NCBI GenBank assembly: GCA_041653935.1
Contig: JBAZEO010000006.1
Span: 6,504-70,503, forward strand
Length of the DNA stretch: 64,000 nt
From: Dehalococcoidia bacterium
GTDB lineage: Bacteria > Chloroflexota > Dehalococcoidia > E44-bin15
Reading direction: 5' to 3'
Part shown: positions 44,215-53,600 of the stretch, piece by piece
How positions within the stretch are numbered: the stretch's first letter is position 1
Layout: each line of letters starts with the position of its first letter
The notes under the pieces: model-generated
Database searches by the model: none
Told to the model about the DNA's origin: nothing
Seen by the model: only the letters and a program-made list of their open reading frames with translations
Translations under genes and position numbers: made by a program

Positions 44215-44465
44215 GACTCGCTCCTTGTTGAAATGTTTGCCCCTACTGGAATTTCAGTCTCTCCGACCTTGGGATTCACATCAATCCCGTTCTTCGCAAT
44301 CGATTGCATCAATGCATTGATCTGCTCAAGGATGCTCTTGGCCACGACCAGCAGCTCCTTGAGTGTGTCAAGTTGCTGATCAGCCTTGCTCAGCGTCTTC
44401 TGGCTTTGAGCGATAGCTTGTCGACCCTGTGCCATCGTTGCTCTTGCTTCTCCCCTAAGTCCCAT
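44211..44465 (-). CDS. coiled-coil protein
   Basis: 84 aa ORF with 4-nt overlap to its neighbour. Confidence 0.45.
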   Translation of the reverse strand: MGLRGEARATMAQGRQAIAQSQKTLSKADQQLDTLKELLVVAKSILEQINALMQSIAKNGIDVNPKVGETEIPVGANISTRSES

Positions 44466-44931
44466 GAATCACCTCTGCTTTGAATCGTGGGCCAGCCAGC
44501 CGAACCCACATCCAGATATTGTGTGCCTTGGTGTGTGACGCACCGTTGGCTATGCAGGCGTTTCGTAGATCACAATGAGCTACAGTTGAATCGCACGGAT
44601 ACGGCGGAGTACACTCCCAATCATGTACCACGAACGCGGGCAGGCAGTCAGACTGATCCGGCGGATACAACCACCAGAACAAGAACGGCACTGAACCACC
44701 ATCGAACACGAATCCATGCTCTACAAGAATCTTGCGACGGTTAGCTGTTATGAATAGTACATCTTCCAGCAGCCGATACTGTGGCTTCTTGACCCAGAAG
44801 AAGATCCATCCCAGCAATCCCCCCAGTCGCTTACCAGCAAGATGTCGCAGTGACACCTCCTGAAAGGCAACCGGAGCCTCAGTGGCCGGATCAGCAAAGT
44901 ATCCGTGGGGGTATTGGTTCATCGTACTCAC
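44455..44931 (-). CDS. DUF1353-like protein
   Basis: GFVFDGGSVPFLFWWLYPP resembles the DUF1353 core (f.tDGaSiP...w). Confidence 0.45.
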   Translation of the reverse strand: MSTMNQYPHGYFADPATEAPVAFQEVSLRHLAGKRLGGLLGWIFFWVKKPQYRLLEDVLFITANRRKILVEHGFVFDGGSVPFLFWWLYPPDQSDCLPAFVVHDWECTPPYPCDSTVAHCDLRNACIANGASHTKAHNIWMWVRLAGPRFKAEVIHGT

Positions 44932-45290
44932 ACGATCGTGGGTAGGGCGTCCTTGTACCGTCGCAACGACACGACTCGTCGATAGTTCCGAGCCTTCAAG
45001 TCCGGCGTCTTCCGCATGCTCACTACTTCGTACAGGTCAGTCGGCGGAGTAGGCAACGCAGACAATCGCCCCAGACGCATGATGCTGTCCAGGGCTATGT
45101 CACGGTCCACTACAACCGTTGCGTCTGCTGCGATAGGCGTGCCACGTGCCGTAGCAGACTGGCTCTCAGCATCGGTCCATCGCACCTTCAGCTCCACGCC
45201 AGCAGACACAGTAGCTTCGCCGTTGTTGTCGTAGCTGCTAAGAGCCCACAACACAGCGTATTCATTCAGCTCTGTAGTTTCTACTGGCAT
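44928..45290 (-). CDS. head-tail adaptor-like protein (by position)
   Basis: 120 aa ORF in the connector cluster. Confidence 0.4.
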   Translation of the reverse strand: MPVETTELNEYAVLWALSSYDNNGEATVSAGVELKVRWTDAESQSATARGTPIAADATVVVDRDIALDSIMRLGRLSALPTPPTDLYEVVSMRKTPDLKARNYRRVVSLRRYKDALPTIV

Positions 45291-45294
45291 GGAC

Positions 45295-45741
45295 CTAGCC
45301 TCTGTCTACATAGTCAGTCTGCTCGCTCTGCTTCAGCCCCAGCCACAGCATGGAGGCCTTCGGCTTGCCCTTGTTGATGGCAGCCAACGTTCCAGTGAAG
45401 TCCATGGTCATGGCATTCTGCCCGTAAGCCGTTCGCTCCAGGTGCATTCCATACTGTCCCTGGAAACTACCGCTAGCACCATCCGTACTCTTGCTCTGGT
45501 AACCCTGATCCAGCGACTGGTAGAAGTGGGCAGCCAGATGCCGCTCAATCTCTTTGAGCAACGCGTCTGACAGGATCCCGTCAGTGTCCAACGTGTCCAC
45601 ACGATCCGTGAGGGCGTTGGCAGCCGTAATGAACGGCGTCATGTCTGTCGTACCGTCGTTGTCTACGATGTCACGGACTTCTGCTTGGGTTACGCGAGCA
45701 GCCATGGTCCTACTCCATTGCCTCACGGATCTTGGCGACAA
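45295..45741 (-). CDS. head-tail connector-like protein (by position)
   Basis: 148 aa ORF downstream of the capsid gene cluster. Confidence 0.4.
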   Translation of the reverse strand: MSPRSVRQWSRTMAARVTQAEVRDIVDNDGTTDMTPFITAANALTDRVDTLDTDGILSDALLKEIERHLAAHFYQSLDQGYQSKSTDGASGSFQGQYGMHLERTAYGQNAMTMDFTGTLAAINKGKPKASMLWLGLKQSEQTDYVDRG

Positions 45742-46039
45742 GCTGCTTGGCCTTCTCTTTGCCCGTCAGCTTGATGCCGTTGCTGTCGGCAAACTCCCGC
45801 AGCTCGTCCTCGCTCATGGCTTCCAGCCCGTCGTCTGGCATTGTTGCGACAGGCTCCGCCGTTGCCACAGCAGCCTCGTCCACAGGGTCTTGAAAAGCCT
45901 CCTCGTCGGTGACCCGCGCATACTTGCGTCCACCGCGATTGTGCTTGAGCAGGTTGCTCTTGCTGTCCACAATGTCACCCTGGCGATACGTAATACCACC
46001 TTCACGGTGACTACCAGCCAACACGCGAAACTTCGTCAT
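45710..46039 (-). CDS. hypothetical protein with C-terminal SAP/Rho-N-like helix pair
   Basis: MSEDELREFADSNGIKLTGKEKAKQLVAKI. Confidence 0.45.
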   Translation of the reverse strand: MTKFRVLAGSHREGGITYRQGDIVDSKSNLLKHNRGGRKYARVTDEEAFQDPVDEAAVATAEPVATMPDDGLEAMSEDELREFADSNGIKLTGKEKAKQLVAKIREAME

Positions 46040-46081
46040 TAGAGTTGCTCCTTGAAGTATTCGTTGTCATAGAATAAGGGG

Positions 46082-46117
46082 CCCTCCCATCGCATAATCG
46101 GCACTACGATGGGAGGG
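46082..46117 (-). terminator. strong hairpin downstream of the major capsid gene
   Basis: 11 bp perfect stem ccctcccatcg (46082-46092) / cgatgggaggg (46107-46117). The minus-strand downstream sequence is moderately U-rich. Confidence 0.5.
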
Positions 46118-46137
46118 CAGGGGCAGGTGGATTACAC

Positions 46138-47310
46138 CTACGAGGTCGTGGCGTGCACGATGCCCGCACGACCGCTGTAGTCAGCACGCAACTGAGGCAC
46201 CATGATCGCCATGACCTTGAAGTTCAGTTGCATTCCGCCACGGGTTTCCCACTGGACCGTGGTGATGTCCATGCCATTGACGGCACGGGCAACGTCCGAG
46301 GTCATCTGGACCAGCAGCAGCGTGAAGTCGTCAGTGAGGAAGTCCAAGCGGCGGACGTCCTGGATACCCTCGATCTTGCGCAACCGTTCGCGCAGCGTCT
46401 GGGTTGGCGCAGCCATGCCCGTCGTGGCCAACGCGAAGTAGTCGTTGTCCAGATAGGTGTCCCAGTCGTCGGAGTGGTAGAGCATGTATGGACCATAGAA
46501 GTGGTCGTCGTACAGCAACTGACGCATCTCCAGAACGTCCTGCACAGTGCTCGACGGATTGCTGCCCGTCGGCGTGGTCAAGTCCGTCTTCTCGTTGCGC
46601 TGCGGGAAGTTGGTGTACCCGTACACCGTGGGAATCTCATAGTCAGCGTAGTTGGCAGCCTTACCGAAGCTGATGCCAGTCTCAGCTCCGATGAGGGTCT
46701 TCTCAACCATCTCAGCGACACGGCGACCGGCAGCCTCAGCCATGGTCAGGTCCAGGGGCGTGCCGCTATTGCGAGACACCGCAAGATTGCGCTGGCTAAA
46801 CCAGAACGAGCTGTGCGTGATCGGCAGAGGCAGACCACGGTTCTTAAACAGTGGACTGTCGGTGCGTCCCTCGGTGAGACCGTCCATGTCCACGATGGCC
46901 TCGCCAGGATCACTCATGGCTTCACTTTCCAGCACGGTCTTGGCCATGCCGTTGAAGCCACCGAAGCTCGACGCAGCCGCAAGATCAGTCCACGCACGCA
47001 GACGCTGACGGGCTTCCTTCAGAATCTGGCGATCCATCTGGATCCACTCGTCCTTGCGCAGGCTGGTGGCATTCCACACGGGCGTGCCCATACCGTTGGA
47101 CGCCAACTGGCTGATTAGTGCCTTCTTGTACTCAGGCACGTACACACCAGTCTTGTCCTTGACCTTGCGTCCCGTATTCACGGTAACGCAACGCTGACCA
47201 CGCTCGTCGAAGTAGGGGCGCATCATGCCGGGATCGAACCGGCAACCAGCGAGGGCACCAGCCACGTCTCCGTAGCCCTGCCCGTTTTGCACGAAGTCTT
47301 GCACGAACAT
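46138..47310 (-). CDS. major capsid protein (HK97-fold, DUF2184/encapsulin-like type)
   Basis: 390 aa. Lies downstream of the scaffold/protease and a small head gene, and is followed by a strong hairpin. The family call is from memory of similar head modules. Confidence 0.6.
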   Translation of the reverse strand: MFVQDFVQNGQGYGDVAGALAGCRFDPGMMRPYFDERGQRCVTVNTGRKVKDKTGVYVPEYKKALISQLASNGMGTPVWNATSLRKDEWIQMDRQILKEARQRLRAWTDLAAASSFGGFNGMAKTVLESEAMSDPGEAIVDMDGLTEGRTDSPLFKNRGLPLPITHSSFWFSQRNLAVSRNSGTPLDLTMAEAAGRRVAEMVEKTLIGAETGISFGKAANYADYEIPTVYGYTNFPQRNEKTDLTTPTGSNPSSTVQDVLEMRQLLYDDHFYGPYMLYHSDDWDTYLDNDYFALATTGMAAPTQTLRERLRKIEGIQDVRRLDFLTDDFTLLLVQMTSDVARAVNGMDITTVQWETRGGMQLNFKVMAIMVPQLRADYSGRAGIVHATTS

Positions 47311-47386
47311 CAGGTTATCTCCTTAAACGGGTTTTCTTATCAGTCGCGGTAGCTTGCTCTAAGCAGACCACCCACAGGGCTACAGA

Positions 47387-47869
47387 CTAGTGACCGGTGT
47401 ACATGCACCACACAAGGGTTCCAGTCAGCACGACGTCGCTGACCGTTTCCAGGCTCTGGAACGGTTCCGACTCAGGCGAGCTAGTTGTGTCAGTGAGCAG
47501 ACCAGTTCCGTCGTCCACAATGCCAAAGTCGCCGATGGCCACAGAGTCGCTCGTGGCGGTACCAGTGGCGAACCACCGTACGTTCAGTTCTTCACCAGCA
47601 ATGGGGAAGTAGAGGAAGCAACGGTCTGCGTCCGCGTAGGCGTCGTCCTTGGTCTTGCCTTGCAGCCGGTCTTCCAGCAGCACAGCCACCACGCGCTGAT
47701 CGCCGTCTGCGTCGTAGTTGGGCACCTCCCACGTGTGACGGCCTCCGATGGGCTCGGTCGCGGCCTTCAGTTGCATGATCGTGCCGGGAAGGGGGGTTCC
47801 GTCGATGATACCCTCCTTGAACACGCCTTTCGGCTCGGCACTCACGATAATGTTATTACCCTTCGCCAT
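47387..47869 (-). CDS. head-associated protein (decoration or accessory, by position)
   Basis: 160 aa ORF between the scaffold/protease and capsid genes. Confidence 0.45.
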   Translation of the reverse strand: MAKGNNIIVSAEPKGVFKEGIIDGTPLPGTIMQLKAATEPIGGRHTWEVPNYDADGDQRVVAVLLEDRLQGKTKDDAYADADRCFLYFPIAGEELNVRWFATGTATSDSVAIGDFGIVDDGTGLLTDTTSSPESEPFQSLETVSDVVLTGTLVWCMYTGH

Positions 47870-47930
47870 GTCTCATATCTCCTTGATCGTGATCGTTGTT
47901 TTGGAGTCGCTACACCTTGGCAGCCGCAGC

Positions 47931-50195
47931 CTACGCTTCGGGCTTGGCCCAGTTCACCGTCGGCAACGGCAGATAGTCGTTGTCATCGTCCTTCGTGCCC
48001 ACGTTGGCCGTAGGCGGTACCGACGCCCCAAAGTAGCTCGGCACGTTCTGGCTCTCGTTCACAAGCGGCTTGGCCAACGCAGCCAAGTTCTGGAGCGTGT
48101 CCAACGGCATGGCGTTGAGCTGTTCCTTCGTGAACTTGTTTTGGGCGTTGCCAGTGATCACACCGATGGCCACGTCCTTGCGCTCCTGCTTGATGCTGCG
48201 CGCAAGGGCGATGTCTTCCATCTGCTCTCGGGTCAGGACGTTGCCCGTGGGTTTCTCTTCGTCCACAACTTCTTCCTCCTCTTCGTCCGCTGCCGCCATC
48301 TTCTTCTTGATGAATTCCGGCATAGCGTTCACGGTGATCTTGGAATCCATGCCGAACCCTTCACGGGCGGCATTTACGACAGCGTCGGCTTGGAGCTGCT
48401 TCTCCAATGCGGTATCCAGCTTGTTGAGCTGGTTGTCCGTCAGGTCCATCAACTCATCGCGATCAGCCTCATCCCAGCAGCAGCTATTCTCGATGAGGTT
48501 ATCCACGATATCTTCGCGGCTTTTGGTCATATCTGACCTCCTTCTACGTTGGTTACGAGTTTGGCCAGACTGGCCTGGATTACCCTTTGACACACGGATG
48601 GTTGTTTCACCATAGCCGAAGTCTACAAGCGTAGCTGTAAGGTCGCCCTTAGACATCGCTTCCTGCACGTTCTTGCCACCGGAGATGCTGGGTATGTTCT
48701 GACTGTGAGTGTGTTTCCACCCGTCATTGATCATCTTGGTTCGTACCTTGCCGATATCTTCCGAGGCTAGAACAGACTCCTTCCCATGTCCGGCACGCAC
48801 ATTAGCATCAGCCACGACCATCTTCTTACTGCCTTGATAGGGATTCTGTGTCGTAGCAATCCCAGCACTGCTTAGCACCTCTGCAGTTTTCTTACTGGGT
48901 AGATCCTTGCGTGCTTTGTGCATCGCAATAGAGATAGGCACTTCGTCAGTACCAGACACGCGTTGAACGGCATCACCCTTGAGTGTTGTAGACTTTGCTT
49001 TCTTAGGGGCAACTGCTTTCGCAGCATCAGCGGCCTCACGACCCTTCCTACTGGCTGCCCCAGACTCTTTCCACAGCTTGCTAGCCTCTTCTTTCTCACC
49101 CTTGTCAGACATCTTGCGAGCCTTGGCTGCCAGCTTGGATGCCTCTGCCTGATACTTCTTGGCATCAGCTCTGAGCGATTCATAGTCAGAGCCACCACCC
49201 GCTTCGCCCTTGTACGACGCCTTCTCGGTCTCAGCGGCAGCACGATCTTCGCTAGCCTTAGACTTAGCGTCTAGTTCAAGTGCCTTCCGCTTGGCGATTG
49301 TTTCACGCAGTGGGCCTTCCTCAATAGCGGCAGCTTTGCCGTACTCTTCCTGCTCTTCAAGATCTGCCATTTCCTTGGTGAGACTGGCCTCTTTCTTCTT
49401 CAGTGAGTCAATCTCACCAGCACCGCTCTTGGCAGCACCATGGGCCTTGGACGCACCCTTGCCGCCAGTAGCTCCACCACCTCCACCTCCGCCCGCACCG
49501 AACTGGCCTTTCGCATCACGGGGTTGATTGGGGTTGTAGGCGTTCTCAACACCTAGCAGCACAGCGAGGCTCTGGAGCACAGACAATTTCTCTTCAAGCG
49601 GCACGGTAGTATCTCCTGTGTGGTTGACCAGCACACCACAGCCGTCCCTGAGGGAACAAGCACCGATCTGATCAGGCAGGATTGCCAAGTGATCCGGTCT
49701 GTAGTTGCGTGCCACGTGCGTATAGAGCTTGCCGTCCGGCGCAGTAGAGCCGTTCTCTGCTGGCTCGTTGTCCGTGTACAGCCCCGTGCTCAGCTCCTGC
49801 GGCTCGTTCCGCAGCAATGCGTCGTACACTCGCTGGTCTACGGTACGTGTGCGCTCTGCGTCAAACCAGCCCTCGGCGGTCAGCTTGCCGTTATAGGCAG
49901 GCCGGCGCACGTAGCCGATCCCTTGCTTGTCCAGCACTCCGGGCGACTGGGCAGACACGTGCGATCCGTCTACCGATTGCGGATGGTAGACCACGATCGG
50001 CATCTCGTTCCATGCCATGAAGTCCCGCTCAATCTCGTCAGCGGGATAGTACAGAGGCCCCTGTGATCCATTCAGGACACCGGGAACGATCAGCGTCAGA
50101 GGGGCAACAAGATACTCGCGTCCGCCACGGAACTGGCGTCGCGTCTTACCTGTCACGTTCGCTGTAATAGAATGGAGCATGCTTTTCCTCGGCAA
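47931..50195 (-). CDS. prohead protease/scaffold fusion protein (DUF2213-like N-domain + long coiled-coil)
   Basis: The N-terminal GREYLVAPLTLIVPGVLNGSQGPLYYPADEI...MPIVVYHP resembles DUF2213. It is followed by AYNPNQPRDAKGQFGAGGGGGGG, then a K/E/A-rich coiled-coil. Confidence 0.55.
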   Translation of the reverse strand: MPRKSMLHSITANVTGKTRRQFRGGREYLVAPLTLIVPGVLNGSQGPLYYPADEIERDFMAWNEMPIVVYHPQSVDGSHVSAQSPGVLDKQGIGYVRRPAYNGKLTAEGWFDAERTRTVDQRVYDALLRNEPQELSTGLYTDNEPAENGSTAPDGKLYTHVARNYRPDHLAILPDQIGACSLRDGCGVLVNHTGDTTVPLEEKLSVLQSLAVLLGVENAYNPNQPRDAKGQFGAGGGGGGGATGGKGASKAHGAAKSGAGEIDSLKKKEASLTKEMADLEEQEEYGKAAAIEEGPLRETIAKRKALELDAKSKASEDRAAAETEKASYKGEAGGGSDYESLRADAKKYQAEASKLAAKARKMSDKGEKEEASKLWKESGAASRKGREAADAAKAVAPKKAKSTTLKGDAVQRVSGTDEVPISIAMHKARKDLPSKKTAEVLSSAGIATTQNPYQGSKKMVVADANVRAGHGKESVLASEDIGKVRTKMINDGWKHTHSQNIPSISGGKNVQEAMSKGDLTATLVDFGYGETTIRVSKGNPGQSGQTRNQRRRRSDMTKSREDIVDNLIENSCCWDEADRDELMDLTDNQLNKLDTALEKQLQADAVVNAAREGFGMDSKITVNAMPEFIKKKMAAADEEEEEVVDEEKPTGNVLTREQMEDIALARSIKQERKDVAIGVITGNAQNKFTKEQLNAMPLDTLQNLAALAKPLVNESQNVPSYFGASVPPTANVGTKDDDNDYLPLPTVNWAKPEA

Positions 50196-50308
50196 TGATC
50201 AGTTACCGACGAAAAGCATAGCCCCCGCTCGTGGGTCTTAGTAGCCCACTTCTACAAGAAGTTTACGTACACATAAACGGGCCAGACGCCCCCTTACCCC
50301 ATGGTACC

Positions 50309-50584
50309 CTACCCGTCCCCCTCGTGCCCCAGCAAGCGCACCCAGCGATACAACCTAGCACGGTCGCGGTACTCGCACAGCACGTCTTGCCCGCGTGGTC
50401 GCAACGCCTTGCGTATCTCGCCTAAGTGCCGACTGATGTTCTTTAGTGGCCCCATCTCATCAGGCAGGCACGCATGCAACTCCGCCTTGCTGTGCGGCAG
50501 TCCATCACTCAGCACCTTCAGCATTGCCGTTTGCGTAGGTGTGAATCCTTCCCTCATCATCTGCTCCTTCTTCAACACCAGCAC
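50309..50584 (-). CDS. stand-alone winged-helix (OmpR/PhoB C-terminal-like) DNA-binding protein
   Basis: FTPTQTAMLKVLSDGLPHSKAELHACL...ISRHLGEIRKALRPRG...YRWV follows the Trans_reg_C pattern. Confidence 0.45.
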   Translation of the reverse strand: MLVLKKEQMMREGFTPTQTAMLKVLSDGLPHSKAELHACLPDEMGPLKNISRHLGEIRKALRPRGQDVLCEYRDRARLYRWVRLLGHEGDG

Positions 50585-50662
50585 TGGTCAGTTCTTCGGG
50601 GGTGGGCCACGGTGTTCTATTAGGAATGTACGGTGTGTCTGGTAACTGCGAGAATGGTTGTG

Positions 50663-53600
50663 TCATAGGAGCCACTCCTTAGACTTAGATGAGACTTGGT
50701 CTACCCACGGCGGAAAGATACCCTGCTTGTACCGTGGATCTGTGGTCAAGGCAAAGATCTCACAGAATGCTTCCTCAGCATTCTTGCCAGCGTAGCTAGT
50801 AACATCTGTCCCAACGGTGCTTGGAACCATGCTTCTCCACTCACGCTGTTGTTCGTTTGACAGCTTACCAAATAGCTTGTGACCGTACTCATGTCGTAGG
50901 ATAGCAGCATAGCCACCAACACCACCAGCCGTAGGTTGACCTGGGACTAGATCAGACCCGCTCTCGCCACGCCAGAACGGACTGTCGTAGACGTGAGTTG
51001 CAGCCCGTTCCTCTGCCGCACATGAACGACCCTTCTCTTGCCTCCTGAAGATAATAGGAACGTCACCATGCTTCTCAGCAAACTCCTGATATGCAGGGTT
51101 CGCCCTATTGGCATTCGCAGCATTCTGTATCTCCAAGTGCAGCTCTGGGTCAAGGTCCTTGAAGGCAGGCTTGTCGCCCTCGTTCCCCTTCTTAGACCGT
51201 AGCACCTTCTTCCAGTTATCCACGATCTCTTCATGGGACGGCCTGTTACTTGCGTCCAACCGTCCTTGCTTGATCATGTGGTCAGCAAATCCCTCAGCCT
51301 CACCAGCAATCAGCTCAGCAGCCTCGTTCACATTAGTCACAACGACTTGACCACCGTGCGTCTTCGCCCACTGCTCGGCTTCCTTCAGTGTGCTAAACTT
51401 CGGCGGAGCGTCTGGTATACTCTCGTGACCCACACCACCTCCCCCACTGCTCCATTGGCCTTTGTAGTCACGTGGTTGATTGGGGTTATAGTTAACCACG
51501 CTGACCGGTCGCTTCTTGGCGATACGCTTGTCAGGGCCTACCCACTTGGTTCGCTTACGTTGCTCCGCCAGCGTACGCTTCTTAGGCTTCTCAGCCTTCA
51601 AGCTCTCGGTGATAGCAGCTTGGATCTCCTCCTTGCGGCGCACCTGTTCCTTCTGCGGCTCGCCCACGTTAGCGGGTAGGTGTGCGCATCTACAGTTGCT
51701 GACTACTAGTCCACCACTATAATACAGGCTAGTTGCTGTTGTGGCATCAAAAGCAAGTCCTTCATACTCGGTAAAGGAAACACTATGAATCCGCTCCCAC
51801 TTGAAGAGGTTAGGCAACGCTACTTGGCTGGAGAAAGTCTGTGTTCTATGCAGCAACGATTCGGGGTCAATCGTAGTGCAATTAAACTCCGTCTCGAGAG
51901 AATGGGGATCGTCCTCAGAAGATACACCCCTGCTGAGAAGGCCAAATTTGCTTACGAAGCTAGAAGGGGCCAGACTGACACTATGGCCACTAAGCTGGCT
52001 AGAGCCACTACTAGATCGAAGCTCGGTCTTGGGGTAGGTTCCTGCGAAGTTGCCCTCTCGCAATTTCTCGACGCCGAAGGAATCCCATACTCCCAGCAAA
52101 CCACGTGCGGGCCATATTGCCTCGACTTTACCCTGACAGAACACCCTATCGCCGTGGAGATCCGAGGACGTGGCTACAATCCCAGAGTTGCCCGTAACTC
52201 TAAGAAGAGACTCAAATATGTTCTCGACCGTTGGAACTTGATTTACATTCAAGCCTGTGGAAGACCCATTCTTCCGGTGGTCGTAGAGTACATAGTCGCC
52301 TTCTCTAAGCTGTGCCGCAGGAACCATTCCTCTAGGGGTGAGTATTGGGTGATTAGGTCCGATGGTCGTCCGAGCCAACCCGCTCCGCAGGGTAAGTACA
52401 ATAGCTGGGCCGCAATACCAAGCCCGGACCAGCTCCTCGCATTCGCCATAAGAAGCAAACGATGATCCAGCAAACACAGCATTAGGATGCCTCGGAATCA
52501 TGCCCCTCGCTTCTTTTATTGTGAGCACTACACCGTCCATGGCTTGACATAGTCTACACACCCTACCGTCGCCAGCCGTATCCCACTCCACCATGACGCC
52601 TACTTCGGTCACGCCTAGTCGCTCCATAGCGTCTAGCTGACCTTCTGCATGGCTGCGAATTACTTCTGTCCTCGCAATAGTCGCAGCCCTATTGGAGCCG
52701 AAGCCTAGCTCGTCCTTGAGCCGTCGTGCTAGAACGTGTGGATTGTCGCCACGTGCGAAGCCTTCAGTCAACTCGCGACTGACTACTACGGCCATCGCTT
52801 CAGTCACGCCCTTCAGATCAGTGAACACGCGACCCGCCATGAGTTGAACCTTCTCAATGCTCATGGGCCTGCCGAAACTGCTCCGTAGGAACTCCTCCTT
52901 CGTGCCGTTGTACCATCGCATATCCTTCTGCACAGCCGGTACTCTCACGTCGTCAAAGGCACGACCCTGTCCCTTCTGGTAGGCCTCCTCCACAAACTTG
53001 CGCCAGTACGCCTCACCCAGTCCGTCGTCCTTGCCAGCCAGCACCTCGTCCTTCAGCACCCCCTGCAACCACTTCAAGAACGCCGCTATCTGCTGCGGCC
53101 TACTCTGAAAGACCCACCGTGCGTTCGTCGCTAGTTGGTTGTGAGTAGCCTTCCACTTCTTACGCTTCGCTTCCCAGATCTTTCTAGCGTCTGGATTGGC
53201 TGGTGCCTTACCACTCAGCCATGTAGGATAATCCACAGACTTTGTAGGTGTGGCCTTCTTGACAACTGGGGGCTTGCTAATCCCAGGGAGGATAGATTTG
53301 CTGGGTTCTACGGTCGACGCGGTCCCAAACTTACGATCCATAAGATCTTTGACTACGGCTGACGACCTTGGTAGTTTGTCTGTGAGTGATTCTGCATGTA
53401 GGTCTGCCCCTAGATGGTACGCTGTCAGATGGGCAAACGATTCATTTCGACCTTGGCTTCTACCAGTCAAGAAATAGTTATGCTGCCCATACTTCTCTGC
53501 GGCACTGATAGATCGCATATCCAGCTTGTACGCTTCAGCAAACGTATCAGAGCTAGACCAATCATTTTCAACATCTAGTACGTGCCCTACTTCGTGGGCT

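Noticed and set aside
46153-47118. 321 aa plus-strand ORF antisense to the capsid gene, and likewise 47748..48536, 53879..54844 and 55769..56476
   Set aside because: The reasoning is the same: His/Arg/Val/Leu-rich junk translations opposite well-supported structural genes. In contrast, 51785..52465 has an SD, an HTH and a nuclease core, and was therefore kept.
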